Assembly (NCBI GenBank): GCA_030141605.1
Contig: JAQGDQ010002367.1
Location: forward strand, 310,001-374,000
DNA from: Tubiluchus corallicola
Lineage: Eukaryota > Animalia > Priapulida
Length of the DNA: 64,000 nt
Direction of reading: 5' to 3'
Shown here: one piece after another, positions 39,001 to 48,096 of the stretch
How positions within the stretch are numbered: position 1 is the first letter of the stretch
Layout: each line of letters starts with the position of its first letter
Program-made: the position numbers and the translations under genes
The notes under the pieces: generated by a model
What the model was told of the DNA's origin: nothing
The model's input: only the letters and a program-made list of their open reading frames with translations
Database searches by the model: none

Positions 39001-40127
39001 GGTCTGGACTCTGAAAATTCGGACGATGGGAAGGATGAGGAAGAAGGTACTGTATCTCTTGGGCAACTATTGTCGTACAAGTCGTACCAGTTCTTAACTT
39101 CTTCCTTTTAACACTTATGTGACATAAATGAGAATGAGAAAAAAGTTAACAAAACCTTGAACAAATTTTTGCAAAGTAGTTAAATCCAAGGTTTAATTAG
39201 TATAATTAGACTAGCAAATGCAAAATAATTGACAACACAAAATACAGTTTTGAGTTACAGGGAAAGACAAATTTGCTGATTTGGTGCAATAAGGTTGAAC
39301 ATCTTGGCTGTTTATTGAACGGTAACTCGATTGATGCAGTTGATATTATGAGGAAACATAACAAATTGATTTACAGAATGAACAATGCAAATTTCTGCTA
39401 ACACTACCAAAATTTAGGAGCAAAAATGTTTAGTTACTGCCTATAGTCCTTATTAAAATACAATGACCGCCAATTAATGTCACTTGATACCGCATGGAAT
39501 ATAGGTGTGTGACAGCTAGAGAAAATCCAAAAAAAATCACATAGGTGCTTTCTACTCCACATTTCCAAAGTGGTAAAGTTCAATATTCAAATAATAATAG
39601 GATCTATAAACTTCTATACATGTTATATAGCTGTAATAATGTGGCATTTTTGTTTGATTAAATTTGTTATTGAGTTTTATCATTCACAGTCTTATTTGCA
39701 TCTCTCTCTTATTTGAGTCTTCCTTATATGAGGAAGTGCTTTGAGAAAATTGTGCACATTTGTTGGATTTAACTCTTTATCTGGCAGCACTAAGAATAAG
39801 GACTGTCTGAATCACCACATCACCACACCGATGACATTACCACAAATGTTTTTAAAACGGTTCTTTCACGTTGAGGCTTTTAGGTTCTAAAGTAGTTCAG
39901 CAACTAATTCTGACCTTTCAAACTGGAAAGTTTTCTTTTGTTGCAAGCTCCAAGAACCATTATAGTAATTCATCATTTTAATCTGTTAATTTTTAAACCT
40001 AATCAACTTGTAATAAATACCGATTTTTTTAGATGACGACGATGAGCGAAAAGAGTACGAGTCATTTAAGAGATTTTTGGCACAGCATGACAATCAGCAT
40101 TCGAAACCGCCACCTTCCACCTCCTGA
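25864..40127 (+). CDS. GPN1: GPN-loop GTPase 1 (XAB1/Npa3 family), complete, 10 exons, 385 aa
   Basis: Exons 25864-26025, 27937-28070, 28929-29033, 29415-29493, 30443-30583, 31571-31717, 33253-33335, 37419-37543, 38960-39046, 40033-40127 (1158 nt, in frame). Motifs: P-loop [83 protein letters not shown], acidic C-terminus. Confidence 0.96.
26974..27042. repeat. (CT)n/(CCCT)n microsatellite
   Basis: Directly visible. Confidence 0.9.
27937..28070 (+). CDS. GPN1: GPN1 coding exon 2
   Basis: [44 protein letters not shown]; followed by U12 donor GTATCCTTT. Confidence 0.95.
28071..28928 (+). other. U12-type (minor spliceosome) GT-AG intron
   Basis: 5' site GTATCCTTT (U12 consensus), branch-like TTCTTTAAC at 28906-28914, AG 15 nt after the branch A, no polypyrimidine tract. 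Confidence 0.9.
28330..28640 (+). mobile_element. L2/CR1-group LINE 3' fragment inside the U12 intron
   Basis: [18 protein letters not shown]...APQYI...[35 protein letters not shown], the typical L2 ORF2 C-terminus. Confidence 0.7.
28929..29033 (+). CDS. GPN1: GPN1 coding exon 3 (GPN loop)
   Basis: [34 protein letters not shown]. Confidence 0.94.
29415..29493 (+). CDS. GPN1: GPN1 coding exon 4
   Basis: [26 protein letters not shown]; ends at GC donor. Confidence 0.92.
29494..30442 (+). other. GC-AG intron in GPN1
   Basis: Only TTG|GCATGT...TACAG|GGT keeps the frame (ITETL-GSTLPT). The nearby GT at 29498 leads to a frameshift and stop. Confidence 0.8.
30443..30583 (+). CDS. GPN1: GPN1 coding exon 5
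   Basis: [47 protein letters not shown]. Confidence 0.95.
30930..31040. mobile_element. Short fully palindromic MITE (Kolobok-like ends)
   Basis: Arms TGCACTAATTATC...GAAACAGTTCAAC / GTTGAACTGTTTC...GATAATTAGTGCA; right end CCT-TTAA. Confidence 0.6.
31571..31717 (+). CDS. GPN1: GPN1 coding exon 6
   Basis: [49 protein letters not shown]. Confidence 0.95.
33253..33335 (+). CDS. GPN1: GPN1 coding exon 7
   Basis: [27 protein letters not shown]; donor GTAAGT. Confidence 0.94.
33830..35596. mobile_element. Tigger/pogo-like (Tc1/mariner) non-autonomous element in GPN1 intron 7
   Basis: TA-CAGTAAGTCCTCACTTAACGAC ... GTCTTTAAGTGAGTACTTACTG-TA TIRs with TA TSD. Confidence 0.8.
33959..34818. mobile_element. 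hAT MITE nested in the Tigger-like element
   Basis: TIRs TAGAGATGTCACGA / TCGTGACATCCCTA; perfect 8-bp TSD TTCCAGAG; CGAATC subterminal repeats. Confidence 0.85.
35786..36978 (+). mobile_element. Kolobok-like non-autonomous element, copy 1 (with internal insertion)
   Basis: TTAA-AGGAAAACTGGA start and TCCTGTCTTCCT end; collinear with 45715-46348. Confidence 0.7.
37419..37543 (+). CDS. GPN1: GPN1 coding exon 8
   Basis: [41 protein letters not shown]. Confidence 0.9.
37930..38945. repeat. 36-bp minisatellite, about 28 units
   Basis: Unit AAGTAAAGTTTGATAATCTTGGAATATAAATGTTTT; produces the spurious 12-aa-periodic ORFs 38325-39080 and 38413-39066. Confidence 0.95.
38960..39046 (+). CDS. GPN1: GPN1 coding exon 9 (acidic)
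   Basis: [28 protein letters not shown]; phase 1-1 compatible. Confidence 0.8.
40033..40127 (+). CDS. GPN1: GPN1 last coding exon
   Basis: [30 protein letters not shown]; phase compatible, ESFKRFL motif typical of GPN1 C-termini. Confidence 0.82.
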
Positions 40128-40504
40128 TGTAAAAACATTTTTTTATTTGTAGCTTATGTTTCAGAACTGTAAATAAGATTTATTTCAATACAACATAGAA
40201 ATTTGTTGTACCGATTAGCTAGCCATATCGCTGATACACTTCGCCTAGAATTATCATTATGTAATGTTGAAATCCAGGAAAGTCTCTTTTTGAAATGAAA
40301 AATTGCCTGAAATTTTTATTTATTTAAGTAATCAAGGTTATTCCTAATTATTAGCAAATTGCCCTTTTTGAAATTTATTAGTATAATAATGATTTGTGTT
40401 TTCTTTGTGGAGAAACAATGCTTGTCATAGTTGGTTGAAGAAGAAATGTGATTTTCATAATAAAAACATATAATTACTATATTATTGTTATTTGTTTCAT
40501 ACTG

Positions 40505-40775
40505 TCAGCAAAACAACTTCTGAAATTTTAATGTATTAAAAATGAACTCAAAAAATATTTTAAACTTTACAGCATGTAAGAGCATATACATGATTGTTGC
40601 TTTGTGGCAGTGGAGCTTGCTTGCTTTAGCTGTTTCCTGTTGAGTACCACAGCAAAGCCTCTTGTATTTTGCAACAAATTTGTCGGTAGTTTTTCCAGAA
40701 CGACTTGATTTTGGAACATACTTGCACTCCTTATTTGATTTTTCTTTAAGGCACAAGATTATCTGTGATTGTACT
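40505..40775 (-). CDS. Orphan Cys-rich gene last exon
   Basis: VQSQIILCLKEKSNKEC...YKRLCC...ATIMYMLLHAVKFKIFFEFIF...*; TTTCAG acceptor, phase 2. Confidence 0.75.
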
Positions 40776-43700
40776 CTGAAAGCACAAGAATCAACATTTG
40801 CATTAGTTGACTACTTTACAGATAACTACCATCTGTACATACATAAATTTCCTTGAGCTTTGTTTCAGTTATGTGTGAAAAAGGTGGTGATCTATCAGTA
40901 GTTAAGTGATAGTGAAAGCTTTACTGTTAGCTTGCTAGAGTCTAGAAGTTGGTTTGCATAGTGACACTCTAAATTTACCAATCTTTAGTGGGCAACTGTT
41001 TTGCAAACGATATTACTTATTTAGTGCACTGTCAAGAGCTATGTGATGTAGTGGTTCAATTCTAGTGTATGGTTTTAATGTTTGCCAAAATCTCAGAAAA
41101 ATTAGGCCAATATGAGAAAAAAACTTGGAAATTAAGTACTGCAATGAGTACCTAAGCTTATAAGTAATTACAAATTAAATCTGCCAATTTTACCACTTAC
41201 TTGCATATTCCAAAACGACCTCTTATTGCATTGTCCATCATCTGCAGACATGGTTGTAACAAGTGGTCACAGTATGCTGCCTTGTCATGTCTTTCTGTTT
41301 GATAGTGTGTACCTGGATTAGCTACTACCGAGTTTACTAAAGTAGCAGTTATTGTCATTTCGTTGTTCTCACTTGCAATTGAGATATTTTTTTGTATTGT
41401 TTTGTTTTCAGCTCTGCCCAGAGCAGTTGCTGCAAGTTCATTTACAATTTCTTCATTTGTTTCAGTATTCATCATTACAGTAGCTTGTGTTGTAAAGTTT
41501 TCTACAGAAGAAACTGAAGAATGTTTATCTAGGCCTCCAGATGTAATATCACTGTTTTTTGTGGTCAGCTCCAATTGATGGCTAGGTTGCTGTAAACGAT
41601 CGCGGTTTGAGAAAGAGAATGGCCGCTGATTGGGTATCTTACATTGGGTGCTCATATGTTCAGCAAGAACTTCCAAACGCGTGAAGATAAGTTCTGTGAC
41701 AGAATCCATTGCAGTTTGGTTGCAACTTGAAGTTAACCTTGTTACACATTGTACTGTTTCATCATAGTGCCTATACGTTATTAAAACCAGCAACAAAATT
41801 ATGATTACACAATACTAGTAAATGCAGTCCGCGTTTGACATTTGTTAATCGACAAACATAATTTTTGTTTAACCGTTAGTCCAAACTACAACATTAAGAA
41901 ATAAAAAGTGTCTTGTACTTGCCATAGAAACAAATGGCATTGCCAGCGTGCTCGTGCGAGTCTCGGTGAAAATAAAAGAGCAAATCTTTTCTTTTTCCAG
42001 AAATTCTAGCACAATTTTTTTGTAATTTTCACTACATGCACAGTATGGAATTACTAAATCTTGGCAACTAAGATCGAAAAGTGGACATATTGGGTTGAGG
42101 TAAATTATAAAACCGCAATACAGCCGATGTGTCCAGTAAGTACCCCGTTATTACACCCTGATACTGACATACATTGGATATTAAACACCACACTGGCAAA
42201 ACTTTTGAGAATAGACCTACCTGCAGAGGGTTTCACGAGAGCTGTAATTATCGGTATTTCCTCTTTTGACATGACTCAGCTGGGTTCGAAGCCTGTCTGT
42301 GCATTTTTGAATCTGTTTTGGGAAATGCCTTGGGCATCCAACAGCATTCTGTAAGTCTTGGTCATTGGAAAAATACATCAGTTAGAAATTTTGTAAATAC
42401 AAGTGCTAGCTTCTCTTTTGATTCAAGATGCAAGATTTATTTATTTAGCTAACATATAAACATTCAAGGAAATACAGATTTCTGTAACAACTTAAGACTA
42501 ATTCTCAATTATAATTACATGTATTGAAGCTGAGTAGCTGAGGGGACCTGAAAATGGGTAATACAGCCAGATAAGGTAAAGGCCACCTCGAAAAGCGGGC
42601 GGCCGTATTGCAGCCAAACATATTGCCTTGTGTATGTTTTTTATGTTTTAGAATAAACGGTAAAGCAATATGCTAAAGCAGTGCAACAGTCTGTAGTTCA
42701 AAAGGAAAGCTTGACATTTCTAAATTCACAGTAAAATTATAATTAAAGCGTATATTAATGCATTTGTTTCTTAATTTCAAATCCAAATACCTGATCAAAG
42801 CCTACTGCTCGCGAGTGCTTGCGTTCATTATTGCTTTGCATTGAAATAATTACTGGGAAAGCTCTAATTTGTTTTTCAGTTCCACATTTTGATTTTTTCC
42901 AACTTCCATTGTAACTTGCGAATTCTATTCAGTATACATGAGATAGGAATACCAGTGCAGTACTGTAAAAATTGCAAACTGGAACTGGTGTGATATCTCT
43001 TCTTACAGTATGGCCGTATAAGTTCATGACATCTGCCCCATCCCAGCTTTCAAATCGAAGAATGCATTGATTGATCGTACAGCTCACCCGATGGAGAGAT
43101 TGACCAAGAACTCTTGGTTGCTGGTTCGTTTTTTTAAATGAATATTTTTAGCTCAAGATATTTTTCTTTTCTTACAAAGTGCTTTAAGGAATTGGAATCT
43201 TTGTTCCCCGAGGAACTGCTGTCGACAGTTGAAAGCGTGGTACTTTAGTCACTGATTTATCAGTAGCATAATCGTCGTTATCATCGTCGCACTTAAGTTT
43301 CAATCATCAATAACACCTGCACCACCAGAAGGCCACCATTGTAATTTAGTCCTAGTTGTTCACTCAATCTGATGATAATACGACAATCAATTGACATTAA
43401 ATAAATAATGTGTTTAATCAGCACTGTGATTTTTATAAAAATATTGATGTTGTGCAAGAGTACATACAACGTATGGTAAATCAGAACATGAACTTCGAAT
43501 TTAGTTACTATACTATTATCATCAATTATTATTATTATCACAAACTGACTGCTTTCTGAAAAGGCAGTTCCCATACCTCTAGAAGTAGATTTTGCGATTA
43601 TTACGCAGTCACAAACTAAGTTTTCAGGTGTTATAATGCTTGTCATAATATGCTTACCAGGAAAGGTCTGTTTAAAAACATTTAATAACTAATCAAAGTT

Positions 43701-44383
43701 TTTGATTAGCATCTGTGATAAGAGATGCTTTAAGCGACAGCTTTTGCTTTGCCTTAACAAATGAAAAGCGTTTTTCAAGATAATTAACATCATGTAGCCA
43801 CACCAAGTATTGTTGTTCATTATTTTGAAGAACATTTTTTATCTGTTTAGTTTCGACATTAATTGTTTCGATGGAAGTGGAATTTGCCACTTTTTCACCC
43901 GTGATCCGTAATTTAAAGCTCCGAAGACCATAATATGTTTTGCCTCCACTGAATTGATTATTTAAGAAGTCATTGAGTTGCTCTCTTTTAGCTGACTTTT
44001 TTATTTTTGTCAAGGTAGATATAAACTTTACAATACACGGAAGTGTACTCTTACATTTATAGAGTTTTCGAAAAGGTTCCAGCAATTGGGCGATAATTTA
44101 GGTTCAGTAGTAGGTTCAGTACTGGCGCATCAGTAGTTAGTGTGTAAGTTGGCCTCTTTGGTGATTTAATTACTGCTATCCTTGTTGAATTTTTGTGGAA
44201 CGTTTTGAAAATTTGTTACTAGAACTATTCAATTCGAGCTTCTTTCTTATTATCACAATTTTTTAGAAGTATTGTGCACATTTTGGTTTTATTACCTATC
44301 TTTCGTAGTAAAAGAAACTTACTCAGCGTTGCCAGGATGGCCAAAACGATTCGAAGCAACGTTACCGTCCGGCAGTTGTTCAT
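40505..44383 (-). CDS. Uncharacterised secreted, probably GPI-anchored protein with two six-Cys (neuritin/DUF19-like) domains, 5 exons, 387 aa
   Basis: Exons 44323-44383, 42791-42924, 42221-42348, 41201-41770, 40505-40775, all GT-AG with compatible phases (1,0,2,2), total 1164 nt. Signal peptide MNNCRTVTLLRIVLAILATL, Cys domain 1, S/T/N-rich linker, Cys domain 2, hydrophobic C-terminus. Confidence 0.72.
41201..41770 (-). CDS. Orphan Cys-rich gene exon 4
   Basis: 570-nt open exon HYDETVQCVTRLTSSC...AAYCDHLLQPCLQMMDNAIRGRFGIC; donor GTAAGT. Confidence 0.82.
42221..42348 (-). CDS. Orphan Cys-rich gene exon 3
   Basis: NAVGCPRHFPKQIQKCTDRLRTQLSHVKRGNTDNYSSRETLC; donor GTAGGT. Confidence 0.75.
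42791..42924 (-). CDS. Orphan Cys-rich gene exon 2
   Basis: FASYNGSWKKSKCGTEKQIRAFPVIISMQSNNERKHSRAVGFDQ; TAG acceptor, GTATTT donor. Confidence 0.55.
44323..44383 (-). CDS. Orphan Cys-rich gene exon 1 (signal peptide)
   Basis: MNNCRTVTLLRIVLAILATL then GTAAGT donor, phase 1. Confidence 0.6.
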
Positions 44384-45714
44384 ATTGTTCAACTTCACCA
44401 CATGTAAAATTTCAACTTGTGTGGTTCTTGAATCACAATTTCATTTGTCCTTTAATCTAGCTATAACAGTGCCCTGTGTCCAAGTTAACGTACTTTGTTT
44501 TCGTTGATACAACAAGCAAATATCTTTACGTCATTATCAACTAAAGCTTGGCTACTATTTTATTTTTTCCTAAACCAGTCCTGTTTGTTGGTTCCATTTG
44601 ACTGGATGCAATTACAGCGTCGCATCATGCATGGTCTCTATAGAAAATATAATAATCTACTATAAATTAATCTAACCTAGTTGCTGATGGGATGTCCGAT
44701 TATTATAATAGCGGGAGAATTTGTTCTCAACCCGTAATGCAGTAGACATTGTACGCCTCGGTAGCTTGGCAACTTGATGCAAGGTATGATGTGTTTTGAT
44801 GATTTCGAGCCACATCGCGTAACTGTTTATTGTTAAAAAAGCAAAAAAACATAACCAGCGTTAGTGTGTGAGATACATACATATAAAAAATAAGACCCAC
44901 GTCGGTAATCCATGGTTTTACTAAATAACACCTAAAGCCAATTTATATTTTTAGCACTTAAAATTCGTCCTTGACATTTCACGTTTTGAATCTGTCAAAT
45001 TATGTCTGAAAGTCCCTTGTAATAGTGCATTGTGACTACATAATCGGGCTACATTTTGCTAATAAATTAAGGTGTTGTTGTAAGAGTACTTTGTGACAGC
45101 ACCAGGTTTTCCTAACTGACGACATGCCATACCTAAAATTTATTTTAATCTAAAATTTTCTTGCAAAAATATATTCTACATTCTAATTGCCAGATGCAAT
45201 TTCATGTCCATAACCTTTGAAGTATCTAGATACCTAACAAAGGGAACGTTCGATAAGAACATTTAGTAATTATTCGTTGTTCTTCTTTTTTTAACTTTCT
45301 CTGGAATATAATGTAGGGTGAAAGGCCGTTTTTTTCTAGATTGTAGTATTTTTATTAATTGCCTTATTAATATAAGTCTTGCCAGTATCATTAGGTGATG
45401 CGATGGTTATAAAACTATAATAAAAGCCATTGGAAACCAGTAGAATTTCGTAGTGAGATTATTGTGCTCGATTTTATATACTGAACTGTGATGACTTTGC
45501 ATATCTGCAAATGACGTTTGTTACAAGAATTTTATATAAGCTAAGTTAGTAAAACCTATAATAAAAATTTAACGTGAATAGTTCGACCGTAGCTAGTGTA
45601 CAAGTGGATAACTTCTGGAAGAAATAAGTATTGTATCCACTATACTATTATTACGTAGAGCAATCCACACAGAAAAGTGGATGGTAATCAAAATCATCAA
45701 AATAAAATTCTTAA

Positions 45715-46348
45715 AGGAAAACCGGACTCAATCTGTAGCTCAAAACAATTTAATGTATATAATATTAAAAGGCAACATGCTATTTTTCAAGAATGGCTTA
45801 CATAAAAGAAATATTAGCACAGAAACGCAATTTCGCGTTCGCGTGGCTACTTCTTCGCTGTTACACACGTTTTGTCATCCGCTGGTTAGACGGGCACTAG
45901 CGCCTGCATTTGGGAAACGCGTTGCACAAAAAACTGGTACGGCACCTCTCATTTCAGAGGTGTTCGGTTGTGACATAGTGCACACGTGCGAAAGCCCATT
46001 CGTGAGCACAGCGGTAAACTTGAAATTTGAATTTTCATCGTAAAATTTGCCGAGTTTTGTATATCACACTGAATGTTGTACAGCAGCACTGAACTTCGAA
46101 TTTCGCTTTCGCACATACAACGCAAAAATGGATTTTTTGTATAACATGTTCATGGAATGTTTGTGCTGTTAAAAATTATGTTCAAGGGTTATGTCCTCAT
46201 TAGTTGGACCTGCACGCTGTTAGTTAAGTTTTACCTCTTATTCAATTATCAGAAACGCTTTGGATTATTATAGGTGTTAAAATATATGCTTTTTGTCGTA
46301 GTTCAAAATGAGGTATGATATGAAAAATCTTCCTGTTCCTGTTTTCCT
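45715..46348 (+). mobile_element. Kolobok-like non-autonomous element, copy 2
   Basis: TTAA TSD on both sides; TIRs AGGAAAACCGGA / TCCTGTTTTCCT. Confidence 0.8.
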
Positions 46349-47655
46349 TTAAGTTTCTCAGTTATATTAGTGAATGATAATTGGATGTCTAGCTGCAACA
46401 AGCACAAGAATAATAGCAAGCGATTTATTTAATGTAATACTTTATTTACGAACTAATTATTAGTAACAGACGGATGATAAAATTAAGTGCAGGTGTGTTA
46501 GTAAGCCGTTTTCGGTGTCCTAGAGCGCGACGAAACGCGACCCAAACAGTTCCGTTCTTGTTCGACCCAAATCGCTGCTTTTCTGGATGTTCTTCTTGAT
46601 AAGGGATGACTTGTTGAAAAAAGCTAAGGCTCCTTGAATTCGCAAGGGATCGTCAGGAAACTTCCCTTGAATATATTAGAATGAAATCCGTATCGACGGA
46701 GTTGAAAATTCGAACCACCGTTTTGAATTCAAATTGATGGCGAAAACATTATTTTCCAAAAAGTCCAAGTGTCGTCAATTCACAACGAATCATCGTAAAA
46801 ACTTTAGTGCAGGAATATAATAGAAAAATTCCGCATGAATTGAGGAGTCAATTTTTTCGATGTACCATTTTTAATTCAACTTGGTGGTGAAAACATCGTT
46901 TTCAAAAAAAGCCTAGGATTCCGCAATGACTAGTCATGAAACTTCTCCAATTCGCAACTGATCGTTGTGGAAATCTACAGAAATATTCTAGAACGAATTC
47001 TGCATCGTTTGACATATTCGGAGTTTTTTTGGATGCCTTCTGAAATTGACGATGGCAGCATTGAAGTCATTTCTTACCCACGACCTCGAGTTCAACGAGT
47101 CTCCCGATCATAAGCTCGAGTTCAAATTGTTTTTGAAACATGATGACACCGGGATAACTACGAAAATTTGCGAAAAGTTAAATATCATCTGTATCAGATC
47201 ATTTGGTTTATTTTCATAGTAAGCGTTTAAATCTGAAAGGTGTATTCTTAGTCTATAGTTACTGAATTAAGCAAATTACGTTAACAACAGCAATTAGGCT
47301 AATGAGTCTAAGTAAAATCTATGCGTACGTACATTCCGTGCAGATTATTCATTTTTACCAACAATAAAAACTTTATAATATTTGAGCAGTTACACATTAG
47401 ATACAAATAAACACAACTCTTTTACGTGTAATGCAACATTAATATGCGATCAAAACTTTCGTTGTGATAAAATAATGATAATTAATTCATATATCCTGTA
47501 CAATTTTATCAAAAATATGTACGTTTACAGAGATGCTGCTTAGCACGAAACTCGTATAAAGGCGATGATAATTGGAAGCATGGAGATTTTTCACGAAAGA
47601 ACGGAAGCACGGGTAATTAACACGTGGAATGTTTAAGTGCCATGAGTAGATTCAT

Positions 47656-47879
47656 TTAAAATGAAGCAATTAACTCTTTCTTTAACTTTTGAATTCTCAG
47701 TTCAATGATGCTATAGATGCCTAAGCCCAGTACAAGAGTACCACCAATGAGGCATATCTTGATCTGTGTGCATACGTAGGGGCTGCAGCCAAATGCTACC
47801 GAGAGTCCTGCTGCTTGAACCATGTAGTAAGCAACATAAGCGTGTTCATAGCAGTCACCCATTAAAAGAGCTATCATGT
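47656..47879 (-). CDS. UNC93A: UNC93A-like last exon
   Basis: TTTTTCAG acceptor, TAA stop at 47656-47658. Confidence 0.88.
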
Positions 47880-48017
47880 CTGAAAAAATAATAAGTTTCA
47901 TGTTGACAAACATCAACAAACGAAGCTGGAAAAACAAATGCTTTTAGCAGGCCACGAGAGAGAGTGAGAGAGGGAAGAAAGAAGAGAGAGGGGAGGGAAA
48001 GAGGAGAGAAAGAGAGA

Positions 48018-48096
<79 letters not shown>

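Noticed and set aside
43658-43667. 10-nt micro-exon ACCTTTCCTG with good AG/GTAAGC flanks in the orphan gene
   Set aside because: Including it between exon 1 and exon 2 shifts the frame and creates an immediate TGA.
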